This document shows positions 30,001-40,343 of a stretch of 64,000 bases of DNA, in pieces. Origin of the DNA: Caecitellus pseudoparvulus (lineage: Eukaryota; Protista; Bigyra: Bicosoecida). The notes under the pieces are model-generated. The model saw only the letters and a program-made list of their open reading frames with translations, did no database searches and was not told where the DNA came from. Position numbers and translations under genes: made by a program. Location of the stretch: positions 806,001 through 870,000 of the forward strand of contig CBFFRQ010000018.1 of NCBI GenBank assembly GCA_965644315.1. Direction: 5' to 3'. Each line of letters begins with the position of its first letter. Positions within the stretch are counted from its first letter, which is position 1.

Positions 30001-30944
30001 ACATCATCCATGTCGCACATTGATGAAAAGAAATCAGCGGTTGCGTTCAATTCTGCTTCATTTTGCTGGATCAACAGCCTTCCGCCAGCTCCAGTGCAGA
30101 AGTCTGCAGCAGCGTCGAAGGAAGCCAGGGAGCATCCTGCGAAGTAGCAGCCGCCACTCCATGGGCTAAAACTTCCTGGACAGGATGCAGTCTGTCTCCT
30201 TAGGACGGCGTTGCCCTGGGGCGGAAGAAAGCCGCGGGTAGGCACGGTACAAAGTAGCACGAGAGCCAGGATACCTTGTACTTTGAGACCAAACCTGCCC
30301 ACCGCCCCGCTGGGGAGGTGTGAGAATACACACTTCTGCCTGTGGACTTGGCGCTCCAACTCTGGCGCCTGCATGGCACTGCATGCATCTGCGGTGCTGC
30401 TCAAGAGCGGAACTATCGCTGATGAGTCACAATCTCCGCACTGACGTCTCCACCCTCCCCGCTTCAAGCGCGACAAGAGAAGTCTAGCTGCAATGGAAGA
30501 ATCCCGCGGCAATTTCAACCTGCCTGAACTTGTGTGCTGTGCTTGGGCAGCCAGGTCGGTTCGTAGTTCAGTACTTTTTGCGCGACGGCGTTGATGCCCT
30601 GGGGCGCCTCTGTACCTGACTTTACGATCCTCAAGTGCACTTGGCGCAGGAGCCGCATTGTCGCCTTGCGCGTCGACGCGAGTTAAGGATACAGCAAGTG
30701 TGGCCCACAGGAGCGGCCGGTAACTTCGAGCAGACCAGGAAGACCAGTCATGCCGCACCCGCAAGGGGGTGCGCAGGGCCGAAAAGTAAGCGGATACAGA
30801 ACCCAAAACGAACAATGGGATGTAAAACGCTTCAAATTTGGGTTGACACAACTCCTGAGAACAGCACGAGGCGGCTGTGGCGTCCACCTTGCTGTACTTG
30901 TGGACCGCTGCTGTTGGAAGCCAGCGTGCTTCCACCCTCGGCAT
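27003..30944 (-). CDS. C-type lectin + mucin-like stalk + Cys-rich + multi-pass TM receptor-like protein
   Basis: CTL domain ~29760-30182 (CY..A..FC..GGRL, WING, WAPGEPNN, EDC, HND.WC, FMCE), S/T/P stalk, CAPGHQGQLCELCAPGF motif, about 8 hydrophobic helices. The true start may be the downstream ATG at 30374, ahead of the hydrophobic ILALVLLCTV segment. Confidence 0.8.
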   Translation of the reverse strand: MPRVEARWLPTAAVHKYSKVDATAASCCSQELCQPKFEAFYIPLFVLGSVSAYFSALRTPLRVRHDWSSWSARSYRPLLWATLAVSLTRVDAQGDNAAPAPSALEDRKVRYRGAPGHQRRRAKSTELRTDLAAQAQHTSSGRLKLPRDSSIAARLLLSRLKRGGWRRQCGDCDSSAIVPLLSSTADACSAMQAPELERQVHRQKCVFSHLPSGAVGRFGLKVQGILALVLLCTVPTRGFLPPQGNAVLRRQTASCPGSFSPWSGGCYFAGCSLASFDAAADFCTGAGGRLLIQQNEAELNATADFFSSMCDMDDVGDEVWINGNDRDGEVVFVTDSGEPYPWRAWAPGEPNNWPQEVPNGDMDPIIVYEDCMTFRVRSLKHNDFWCTNLFPFMCEATPPAASPTPSLSTSPTASCQPSSSATTASTPTSSSSLSSQASATPQPTSTSSSTASISSHPTVSAVPTPTTSAVPTPTTSTSSTAPPSPSSELLPSPLPISVSPNPTGSPCPWWAACEVGNGTTPKFPGRITCTADCAEESPNVRVCPREGSCLHASRLEDLTLCAPGHQGQLCELCAPGFAARDACGACQPCNRSDIISHEGVSALFAAGRALLSVGVGVVAAVRYARQPARLTTSLFSGALRIISWYIAMIGQSSSLAMRTPTSLTRSAHTLQHWYAACGVSAPGTRDMQAIAQAERASGTPTLLESIFGFASHPKLASDQTCTLWFDPSQSEPAMNLAQVVAYTVLLLLACVAGLTSAYRPDFKFPTLLVLLIAVYAQVLQLSLTQSVQVAGPKPISGQSQAERVLLGWVPGLAHFAAGTFGVFAMSQLLTARHASRRASPEAFLSKGYRVQLSPAQAVQAVVVGIGGKQLKENLALLPEEEAIKRRAAHLAESAARADQAACCGCGRVFPTHAFTAVQVAEMLGMLASVWLITDIRLRLAFAALVVCIGLVLLLLRKPWCLAELNDLDSTAHAASLLQVLVMGVIHASPSLVEVLSTCMLFLHTLISLSMLAVVLRGYSGAIRRGLLSARRAVVRALPELGPHSELGEDNEMGSIMGSALPSMWDIGKAILVRVGVVRPRQVSATRRPEMDLLTLLHVWPEGGMSTMQSPLSFIRGQGAGLVSAGAASGCCSIQRLSSCCSGRTTRGSAASEPLNDVLSSAALFGSPSTRLRVESSLLSNPLAVANGLEDRSGLATSAGSDSSTQQVPRVVYRGELVKRNQGDEAQASTSRCPNQSSPRRLVASKKHLLHTQAQWYAASVQQLHPKGQRGARTPRRGKPSHRADCRNVNPRAPRAQSVVLQREQPKRSVRLLD
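29517..29564. repeat. 24-bp tandem repeat (2 copies) encoding SAVPTPTT in the mucin-like stalk
   Basis: tgatgtcgtgggtgtYgggacagc occurs twice in tandem. Confidence 0.75.
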
Positions 30945-33485
30945 GGCGGGCGTGTCAACAACGAAGGCTGCGCTTCTGAAGTCAAGATTGGATCAGTACT
31001 TGAGGCAAAATAATGTGTATGAGCACATCAGGAGCATGATCTCTGGAGAAGGAGAGGCTGACGAAGGCAGTGTGAGAGCAGGCGTCGTTTCGTTTGTGAA
31101 ACGCCAGACTACTTACAGTCGAACCTCCCCCCCTCCACTCACAGACAGAGAAGCTGGACCAAGAGCGTTTGAAGAAGTTAATCACAGAACATGGCCTCGT
31201 GGATAAGGTGGTGGATGCCTTGCAAGAGCGAGGCATCGCAACTAGCTCAGCAACGGCAGCTGGACGCCAGGCTCCTCAAACTGCCCCCCACTCGCCCTTC
31301 ATCACTTTGCCCGCACCTGGACAAGGAAGCATTCCTGGTGCTGCCATTCGAATTGAAACGTCCAAGGGCGGGGCTTCACAGCAGCAGGCTGCTTCCTTTT
31401 CACTCCCACACGCTGCAGCTGCATCCGAGGAGCTGAAGTCAGACACAAGGTACCTACGAGTGCATGTTGTCCAAGGCATGGCATTCATGGAGCACATTTT
31501 GGAGGAACAGGGCAGCACTCGCGGACAGGGAGTCGGGGGCAGCAGCACAGCAGACCATGTGCCCGGCCCCTCGAACGTGTACTACGTGTTGTCTGCTTAC
31601 CACATGGGCCAGCGCTTCGCATCACCCCTTGTTCCTGCGAGCACTGAACCAGCATTCAACTTCACATTTCACGTAGATATGAGCTCGGTTCACCCAGAGC
31701 ATGGGTCTCTGCCCAGCCCTGCCGCCCTTCTTACGGTGAAGGAGCCAATGCGGCTGGTGCTCACAATGGTGACCATCAACCCTGGCCGTGGCACAGGCAG
31801 TCTGGCGGTCCCAGACGCGGCAGTGACCCTGGTTTCCTCATTGGATGTAGAGTGGAGAGGCGTGTTATGCCAGGGGAAGGCAGCATTGACGGTGGAGCTG
31901 CCTCCGCCAGGCGCTGCTGCGGGCTTGACTGAGTTGCCTGTTGGCGTGCTAGATCTGCGCATGGAGCTCGTCCCGCCGACCGGCCCTCCAAAGGCCGATA
32001 CTGAATCGTCTGGCCTTGAAGTTAGTGGCTCTGGGCGGGCAGCGGATGCTGCTGGCCGCCGCTTAGCGCTGGGGGTGCCATCCGCAGCACTCCGCAAGCG
32101 CCTCGCAGACCAAGCAGCGGCAGCGGATGAGGCAGGTCGTCGCTTCTTTGCCTACGCAAGGAAATGGTGGGGAGAGTACTGCGCATGCGGAGTTGATTTC
32201 AAGTGAGCCCGCGCGGCTCTGCGCAGCGCCTCCGCCCTCGCACTGCACTGAATCCGCAATTGCACAGACAACGGCTGGTGAAGGTGTTCGCCGACTCTGA
32301 GCACGGAAGGCAACGGGCAGTGTGCAGCTTCGTGACACCTATCGTTGCAGATCGCGTGCTGGAGTCCCCTCGTCATGCAGCTCGCTTCGTGTCTCTGCTA
32401 CCTGTAACTGTGTGTTCTTGCGCGTGTTCCGCGTTGTCGCTTTTGCTGCCCACCACTGCTTCACTGCCTGCTTCATTCCACAGGATGCCGAAGCCATTGG
32501 CATTCCCTCATCTACCATCAGAGATCGCTGGTTGGAGCCCCGCATCGTGTTGGCCCTAAAGCGCGGTGGCGTGGCAGACCATGCGACGCTGCTTGCAAGT
32601 CTGTTTTTGGGTTTTGGCTTGGATGCATACGTCGCGTACGGCTCAAAGCTAGGGACTGACGGGGTGGAAACGGAGTACGCGTGGGTTGTGGTGCTGCAAG
32701 AGTCGGAGGTGGGCGGGTCCACGGCGCGTGCCCTGGGTGACGTTGCCGTGCAGGTCGCTGGTCTAACGCGAGCGGTGTGCTGGGACCCTCTCACCGCGGA
32801 GCGCATGCAGCCAGGCACGCCTTCGACGAGCGGGGACAGGTTTTGGCGCGTCGGCTGCCTCTTCAACCATGCCTCCTTCTATGGAAACGTACAGGAGGAC
32901 GACACTGTTGCTGCTGCCCACTGGGATGTGGCGGACCCCTCGCAGTGGAAGGCGCTAGAGGGCGGCCACGTCGCAGGCATTCCCCGCCACGCACGCCCGA
33001 CAGTTTTGACGCCGCCTCTCGTCAATACGGCAGAACTCGCTGCGGGAGTGGAGTCACAGGTTCTAGATGCCCTGGCCGTGCATCGGCACGAGCACCACGC
33101 TGCAAGCCTGCCTGTGGACCGGCACATGGGATACGTCCTCTCGCCGGCGTTGGCTGCGTACGAAGCAGAGCGGCTGCATGGCATTGCGCCAGATAATGCC
33201 GATTTTGCAGCTGCTGTGCGGCGGTACACGCCACCAGGGCACACCTTCAAAGGGTGCCCGGTGTCCTTCTGCCACGCAAGTCCATCTCGCATCGTCGCGG
33301 CCCTGCTGCGCAACCCGGTCGCCCAGGACATCTTGGCAACCCTCGGGCATGATATTGCGTTTGCGTTGCGAGTGTGCATCACTCCTTATGCGGAGGATAC
33401 ACTTGCAGTGTGGGTGCTACTTGCGGTCCGGTATCAGCCGCACCATGGAGATGCTGGCGATTCCCTGGAAGGCATGGCACCTTGA
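30943..33485 (+). CDS. CEP76: Centrosomal protein of 76 kDa (C2 + transglutaminase-like), 4 exons
   Basis: Exons 30943-31071, 31145-32202, 32268-32409 (alternative donor 32404) and 32484-33485, with frame-consistent GT-AG introns. Motifs LKSRLDQYLRQNNV, C2 region EPAFNFTF, YARKWWGEY, RLVKVFA, PRHAARFVSL, DHATLLASLFLGFGLDAYV, GCLFNH, FKGCP. Confidence 0.92.
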
Positions 33486-33654
33486 ACTGGAGCAGGCAGG
33501 CGCTGTCCCCGCACAAAATTTCAGTGCTCGCGAGCTCGAACTTTGCCTCAATTCATCTGCAGTTGTTGCAGGCCATGTGATAGAATCTTGTTCAGCTGCA
33601 GCAGGCTGCCCGGGTTTCGCGAACGTTTCTGTGGCGTTTCGTGCTGCGCGGCCC

Positions 33655-36600
33655 ATGTTCGATGGCGCAGTGAAGCAGCGTGGGGCCGCAGCCCGGAGGC
33701 GTGGTGCAGGCCCCAGTAGAGCGGAGGTTCTGGCCAAGGCTAGGGAAGATCGAAAACGGCGAGAGCTTGCGAGGGAGTCTGCCGAGGCGGTGGCGAAACT
33801 CCAGCGTAGCTGGCGTGGCGTGTTGGGCAGGAAGGCAGCTGCTGACGTGGCTGCTGCTGACGCCGCCTTGAAGCAAGCTACCTTCCAATCTGCGACAGAG
33901 AAGCTAGATGCTCTCTTCAAGTCGCAAGGGAAAGAGTTCCCGGGACTCGTTCCTCCTGCACCTGCCCTCACCGTGCTGCTGCGGTGCGGGGCTGCGTGCT
34001 CGCCCGTGGTTGTCGCTCATGGCACCCACCCTGTACAGCGGGCAGCTTGGATCGCCGGGCATCTGAGCTCTTCCCTGGAAAAAGATGGTGCACCTGCAAC
34101 CGGTTTCGCCTGGCTCGCCTGCCGTGGTGGAGCAGAGACCGCGCGGTTTGTCGCATTGGTGGGTGGTTTCTTGTCGCAGGCACTCGCAGCAGTGCGGCAC
34201 TGCCCAGGCAAATATCCTGCGGAGAAAGAAATTGTGCTGGCCGCAGCTCGCAAAGTACTGGCTCCATCCACTTGGAAGGCAGCTGCCCAGTCCTCAGAGC
34301 ATGCGGGCTCGGCGGCCGACGCATCGCAGAGCTGGCAGGCACCCAGTGCCCTCAACGCCGTGGGGCGCATCGCCCAACGAATTTTGGTGCACGGAGGCTT
34401 GTTTGATGGAGCACAGGGCACGGAATCTTTGCTTTCAATTGCCTTGGAGTTTGTGGAGGCGGCATTGCTGAGTGGGTGTCGGCTAGCACCAGAGGTGTGG
34501 ACGTGCATCGCAGGAGGGGTGCTGGCGCAGCCTTTGTCTGACGGGTCTGGCCAGTTTTCCCGCCTTGCTGCTGCGCTTCTGACACCTCTTGGTCCAAAGC
34601 AAGATGCTTGGGGCTCCTTGCTTAAGGCTGTGGACCAATTAATGGCCGCAGCAGAGGGAGCCTGGGGTGGCTCTGGTACGGTGTGGCAGGGCCCACTCCT
34701 GCGCTCCGCCTCTTGGACCCGGCGTGCGAGTGTGACGGCCGAGACCTTGGAGCTCGGCGGATTTCACTTGCTCCAAAACGTTTCTGGGCTGTATTGCTCG
34801 TCTCCTGGGTCCACCCTGGCATCCGCTGCCCGAGGAGCAGCCGTGTGTAGGTGCTTGCACAGGCTGGCCCTCACGGTGCCGCTGCACCTCGCATACCGCA
34901 CGAAGGTAGACCCTTCAGGTCATGAGGTTGATCCCCATGCTACGCTATCAGATGATGAAGATTGGGAACTTGGTGAAGCAGAGCTGGCGGCTGCACGTGG
35001 AGAGTCTCTCAGCCACCCTCCGCATTTTGCCCAGCACAACCCTGCCACTGCGATCGCCTACGCTCTACTGTCGTCTGACTCCAGCATTCTGTCACCCACG
35101 TCGGCTCAAGTAGAGCGAAGCGCCGTGGCAGCACCTGCTGCTGCCTCCCTGCTGCGGCCTGCATTTCTGCAGCGCCTGTGCAGCGACATTTTGTCAGATT
35201 CCGACAGCGGAGGGGACCGATCAGAATCAGCAGCAGCGCTGGACTTGGGCGGGTTTATCTGGACCCTCATTAAGTCCCTCACACTTGCCGCTGCCCATGG
35301 CTCGGGCCTGCTCATGGGTCGCCCTTCCTCGGCCGTGACGCGCCTCAGCGCAGCGTGGGCCCGTCTCCGGTCAGCACGCACCCTTCTAGGCCAGCTACTG
35401 AGCACGCTGGCTTCTTCGCTGGACGGGACATGTGTGGCTCAGCTGTGGAGTGGAATGGCTGTCACGTGGGGTGTGCAGGGTGACAAGGCTGGCCACGCCG
35501 TCAGCAGAGCGCTCTCTGGCTCAGACAGCTCTCGCAACGCTGCAGCCTTCGCAGCGCTCTGCTGCTTGGCAAGGTTTCAACTCACAACCATGCCAGATGC
35601 TGAATTCCTTGCTGATGGTGGGTGCGGCTTCGTCCCTCTCGCTGACGTGTCATCTCTCATTGCCACGTTGAACACTGCCCTGTTCCACGTCGGTTGGCAG
35701 GGCGAGGCTGCGCGGTCGACTCCCTTGCCATCCCGTTCAGTGTCGGACTTGGCCTTTCTAACCGAGGGCTGTGAGCTGTATGAGCACTTGTACGAGCGGC
35801 ATTGCAGACACCCAGGTGAGATTGTGCCAGGGGCGGCTTGGCTTTGGCCTCGAATCTCCGAGTCCGACCTGTCTTCCGAAGCGCTCGTGAAGCACCATAC
35901 AGGCGCATCCACGACCACCCCCTCCCTTGAGGTGCCTGGTCACACAGGGGCGGTTGTGGGAGGCCTTTTTGGGGGCCCCGCGGTGCCTCCAGTTGGTGCA
36001 CAGGCTGCAACAGGGGCTGGAACTGCAGCCTCTCCACCTGTCTTCGGTTCATCACGGGCCATTCCCGCCGCTCTGCGAGCCTCCAGGGCGTTGTTTGTCA
36101 TCACCCACGTCCCAATGGCTATTCCATTCAAGCGAAGAGCTGCTCTCTTCGCAGACTTGCTCGCCGCTGATCGTGCGGAGCACCAGTCTGATTTCGGGCA
36201 CGGGCTGCGCATCCGCATTCGAAGGGCATCCCTCCTGGAGGACACCAAGGCCGCCTTCTCTGATGCGGTTGCATCTCGCGGCAAGTTTGCCCTGAAAGAG
36301 CGCATGCAAGTCACTTTCATCTCCGCCGATGGCCACGAGGAGGCGGGCATCGACGGAGGAGGGGTCTTCAAGGAGTGGATTGATGCCGTCACCACGCTCG
36401 GCTTCGGTGTGGACTACGGCATGTTCATGGCCTCGGCGTCGCAGGAGCTATACCCCAACCCCGCATCAGGGGTGTTCGACGGCGGGCATTTGGACCATTT
36501 CGTGTTCTTGGGGCGGCTCCTGGGGAAGGCGGTGTACGAGGGAATGCTGGTGGAGCCCATCTTCGCGCAGTTCTTCCTGAAGAAAGTCCTGGGCAGGGCA

Positions 36601-37311
36601 AACCTAGTCGATGACTTGCAAAGCCTCGATAGCGAGTTGTACAAGAACCTCATGATGCTTCGCGGCATGGATCAGGGCGATGTGGAGTCCTTGGGCTTGG
36701 CATTCGAAGCCACTGTGCCGGGGCTGGATGGTCCACGAGAGGTAGAGCTGGTTCCAGGCGGCAGTGCCGTCACCGTCACGGGCAAGAACTTGCTGCAGTA
36801 CATCGTCAGCGTCGCCCACCTGCGCCTGAATACCCTCATCGCCCCCCAGACTCGGGCTTTTCTCAGTGGCTTCCGCGACGTGCTGCCGCTGGATTGGATT
36901 CGCATGTTCTCACCACCTGAACTGCAGCTGCTCATTGGCGGCACGCCGGGCAAGATGGACGTACAGGACATGCGGGCGCACACAGTGTATGCCGGAGGGT
37001 ACCATGACCAACACCCAGTCATCAAGGACTTCTGGGACGTGTTGGAGCACGACTTTTCAGCAGAGGACCAGGCTGCTCTGCTGACTTTCCTGACCTCCTG
37101 CTCTCGCCCGCCCTTGCTTGGATTCAAGAGCCTGGACCCAAAAGTGGCCATCCACCGGGTGCCCTTGTACCGAGCAGAGGACGCTGCCAAGCTGCCATCC
37201 TCGGCAACCTGCATGAACTTGCTCAAGCTGCCAGAGTATCCGAACAAGGCTTTGCTGCGCGAGAAGCTCAAGTACGCCATTCACTCGGCGTCAGGCTTTG
37301 AGTTGTCCTGA
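33655..37311 (+). CDS. HECT E3 ubiquitin ligase, UBE3B/UBE3C (UPL6/7) family, with N-terminal IQ motif
   Basis: ATG 33655 (MFDG...). IQ-like AKLQRSWRG. HECT motifs IPFKRRA, IRRASLLED, EEAGIDGGGVFKEW, FLGRLLGKAVYEG, catalytic LPSSATCMNLLKLPEY, and terminal GFELS. Confidence 0.93.
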   Translation: MFDGAVKQRGAAARRRGAGPSRAEVLAKAREDRKRRELARESAEAVAKLQRSWRGVLGRKAAADVAAADAALKQATFQSATEKLDALFKSQGKEFPGLVPPAPALTVLLRCGAACSPVVVAHGTHPVQRAAWIAGHLSSSLEKDGAPATGFAWLACRGGAETARFVALVGGFLSQALAAVRHCPGKYPAEKEIVLAAARKVLAPSTWKAAAQSSEHAGSAADASQSWQAPSALNAVGRIAQRILVHGGLFDGAQGTESLLSIALEFVEAALLSGCRLAPEVWTCIAGGVLAQPLSDGSGQFSRLAAALLTPLGPKQDAWGSLLKAVDQLMAAAEGAWGGSGTVWQGPLLRSASWTRRASVTAETLELGGFHLLQNVSGLYCSSPGSTLASAARGAAVCRCLHRLALTVPLHLAYRTKVDPSGHEVDPHATLSDDEDWELGEAELAAARGESLSHPPHFAQHNPATAIAYALLSSDSSILSPTSAQVERSAVAAPAAASLLRPAFLQRLCSDILSDSDSGGDRSESAAALDLGGFIWTLIKSLTLAAAHGSGLLMGRPSSAVTRLSAAWARLRSARTLLGQLLSTLASSLDGTCVAQLWSGMAVTWGVQGDKAGHAVSRALSGSDSSRNAAAFAALCCLARFQLTTMPDAEFLADGGCGFVPLADVSSLIATLNTALFHVGWQGEAARSTPLPSRSVSDLAFLTEGCELYEHLYERHCRHPGEIVPGAAWLWPRISESDLSSEALVKHHTGASTTTPSLEVPGHTGAVVGGLFGGPAVPPVGAQAATGAGTAASPPVFGSSRAIPAALRASRALFVITHVPMAIPFKRRAALFADLLAADRAEHQSDFGHGLRIRIRRASLLEDTKAAFSDAVASRGKFALKERMQVTFISADGHEEAGIDGGGVFKEWIDAVTTLGFGVDYGMFMASASQELYPNPASGVFDGGHLDHFVFLGRLLGKAVYEGMLVEPIFAQFFLKKVLGRANLVDDLQSLDSELYKNLMMLRGMDQGDVESLGLAFEATVPGLDGPREVELVPGGSAVTVTGKNLLQYIVSVAHLRLNTLIAPQTRAFLSGFRDVLPLDWIRMFSPPELQLLIGGTPGKMDVQDMRAHTVYAGGYHDQHPVIKDFWDVLEHDFSAEDQAALLTFLTSCSRPPLLGFKSLDPKVAIHRVPLYRAEDAAKLPSSATCMNLLKLPEYPNKALLREKLKYAIHSASGFELS

Positions 37312-37564
37312 GCACTCCAGGAAGGGCAACTCCGTCATGCACGTGAATGCAAATTCCACTCACTTACCTCGGAAGATTCGTGCAATCTCATTCAATGAAG
37401 GCTTACCCCCTTCACTTCTGTGTGGCTTGCGGTGGTGGGGCTGCCGTGCAGTGGCCTTCTGAAACGCTGCCAACGGCAGCCTGCGGAAGCCGACCTTCTC
37501 CTCCAGCAAGGAAGAAGCCCTAGGCGTCACATACGGCAGCTGTGCGAGGTTGAAGCCCGTAAGG

Positions 37565-40228
37565 ATGGCGGTGGATCACGGCATCGCGGGAAGCCATGCG
37601 TTTCATGTGAACTTTCACGGGTAGGCAAACCTCAGCTGGCGTTTCATTGTCGTTGGGCCTGCAGTCGTTTGACCCGCCGCTTTTGGCTCGCTTGCGCAGG
37701 GCTGACTATGTTCTGACTCTCGTAGTTGGTGATAGCCAAGAGAGTGGTGCATCCACGTTGATCATTGACCTTGAACAAGATGGGACAGAGAACCGCTGGA
37801 CGGCTGAGTTTGGCGCTGCCTGTGAGGTTGGCCAAGCGGACCGCGAAGCAGCACGCTTCACCCTGCAGCCTTGCACTCGGCGCAGACATCGAGGACATCA
37901 CGCAAAAGACGGGAAACTACAAAAGGTTCCCCGTCTTCGTGAAGATGCTGCGGAGTGCGATCAACCGCGAGTCTGACTCTGTGTTTGTCGACCTGCTCAC
38001 CTACTCAGACCTTGTGCGTTCGACCGCCTTGCCTGCTTCGAGTAGCAACAAACAGGTGTGCGGCACACCGCCCTACAACTGCACAGGAAATGCTGAAGAG
38101 TCGGAAGCAATCAGCGGGTGGCGTGGACGCAAGCGTGGCCAGCGGAGCGTCTGCAGCAGCCATGCGAAACGCATCTAAGCGCTACCTCATCATGACCTAC
38201 GCCGTGGAGTTCGACCGAGTGCACTACCCGCTCCCCTTGACCTTCCAGAGTGAACCCAGTGCTGCCTCCCTGCAGCGCACCATTTCCCGCCTTCAAGGGG
38301 AGGTGGCTCGCTTCAAGAGCATGGCGGCTGGCTTGCAGCAAGGAAGTACAGGTGGCATGTCCGCAGCGTTCTCTCGCCTGCAGCAAGAGAACGATGCGCT
38401 CAGAGCACAAAACGCGCATTTGCGCTCGTCCCTCAGCAGTTGCCAAGCCTCTCAGCGTGAGCTGCAGTCCGCAGCAACCGCTGCAGAAACTGGGAGGGGT
38501 AAGGCTGAGGAGGCCCTTGACCGCTTGAAGGGCGCTTCCAGAGGAGAGGTGAAGCGCCTGCGGGCCGAAGTGACAGCCTTGAAGGAACAGTTAGTCCACG
38601 TCCATCATGCAGCTGAAGCCAACGCAGCTGCGGCGGGTTCTGCAGAAGCAGAGGCTGCCGAGGAGTTGAAGCAGACCAACACAAAGCTGCGAGCCAGAAT
38701 TAGGGACTTGACTCGCCAGATGGCACTGCATGGCATCAAGCCTAGGACCTCTGGGAGCGGTGTGGGCCGCAGGGGCACCCCTACTCGAGGCGTCTCAGGC
38801 TCCAGGGCTCGAGGAGCGGGCAGACAAGCAGGGCGAGCTGGCAGTAGAGGCTCCGCCGCCGGAGCTGCGTACAAGGCCCGGACACCATCCCCCGCTGGCA
38901 GCAGGGGGCGAAGCCGCTCCACGAAGTACTCCAGACCTTGGGCAGCCGGCCCCAGCCCAGGGCGCAGGTCAGAAGCAGGGTCGGTGGCCAGTTCTGTGGG
39001 TTCTCGAGCAAGCTCCACGGGCAGTCGCCGAAGTGTGCGATCCTCTGGCAGTGCGGCATCAGGGGGCCTAAAGCGCAGACACTCCAGTGGAAAGTATGGG
39101 TACGATCCCGTTGCGTATGCCAAAGCACGAAGAGAAAAGATTGAAGCGGCAAAAGCCAAGCGCCGTGGCACCCCAACAAGGCGCACTAGGCCAGGATCTG
39201 TCGGCCAACGCACGCCCGGCGGAAGGTCTGTCGCTTCAGGCACATCGAAAGGGCGGTCTTCTCAGGCAGTGCCACGCCGCGACAGCTCTCGAAGGCAAAC
39301 CACCCCCAAACGGGGGGCTCTGCCAGCCTACATGCGCAGCCCAGGTGGACGCTCTGTGGGCTCGGCAGGCAGTTACGGGAGTGTTGGCAGTGCATTTTCG
39401 ACAGGCTCACGACGTTCTGGTGCAGGGCGGCAGCGCACCTGGGACAGGCCTTGGCGCACAAGCCCCAAGTCTTCGTCCAAGGCACCGACGAAGTCTGCCC
39501 GGGGGCGCGCCCAAGAGCCAAAGAAGCAGTCGCCACGAAGGCCAAAGACGGGGCCAGGGCGTCAATCACAACCTCACCCTGCGCATGGCACCTCTTCGTC
39601 TCCGCACGAACAGCAGGTGCCAAGTCAGGGCCAAGCTGAGCCGCAGCCACATGCGGCAGCCATGGCCGCACCGCACGCCCACGCCCACAGCAGCTCATTC
39701 ATGGCACCTGAGCATAGTCAGGCGCACACTTTCGTCGCCGGCGTCAGTGCACCACGACAAGCGTGGGCTGCGCCTCAGGCTGCGCCTCGAAGCCCAGGCC
39801 TGGGGCGTTCCTTGCAGCACCCGCCCAGCGTGCCGGTGAGTGGGAGGGCTGATGAAGTAGACGAGGAAGGCATGTCTGCTTCGGGGGCAGCGCTGGGCAT
39901 GAGCACCGGGAGGAGTCGCGGCCTCGCTCACAAGCAAGGGCAAAGCAGGCCCAGCAGCAGCGGCGGATTCATATCCCCTCCGGCGCAAGCAACAGGCACC
40001 ATGCATGTGCTGTCCACGGGGTACGCCCCTGGAACAGCTGCAGTCCAAGGGCATCCAGGGGGGGCAGCAAGCGTAAGTGCTAGTCAGGGACTGTCCCACC
40101 AGCATGGCAGTGTGGACTCACAAGCAGAGATTTCCGCGATCGACCAGCGCCTGCAAGCGTTGCAGGACTTCCTGAAGGCCACAAAGGAAGGTCGCAGCGT
40201 GCCTGCACCCGTGGCGGGGGCACAATGA
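37565..40228 (+). CDS. CCDC61: Centrosomal/basal-body protein CCDC61 (VFL3), 4 exons
   Basis: Exons 37565-37620, 37700-37821, 37886-38013 and 38087-40228. The spliced head domain reads RWTAEFGAAYIEDITQKTGNYKRFPVFVKML..VDLLTYSDLEML..KRYLIMTYAVEFDRVHYPLPL, followed by a coiled coil, a basic tail with YDPVAY, and C-terminal IDQRLQALQDFL. Confidence 0.93.
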
Positions 40229-40343
40229 TGCTGGTGACAATTAATCGAGTATTGTACTAATCGCATAGAGTCTCTTGCTATCTTGGGTGAGAGCAGTCGT
40301 CGCGGCACCATGCCGTGGCTTGAAGGCAGCGCCAGGCTGGCAA

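Noticed and set aside
33067-33654. N-terminal extension of the HECT ORF overlapping CEP76
   Set aside because: It is an alternate frame of the CEP76 last exon; the family-typical start MFDG is at 33655.
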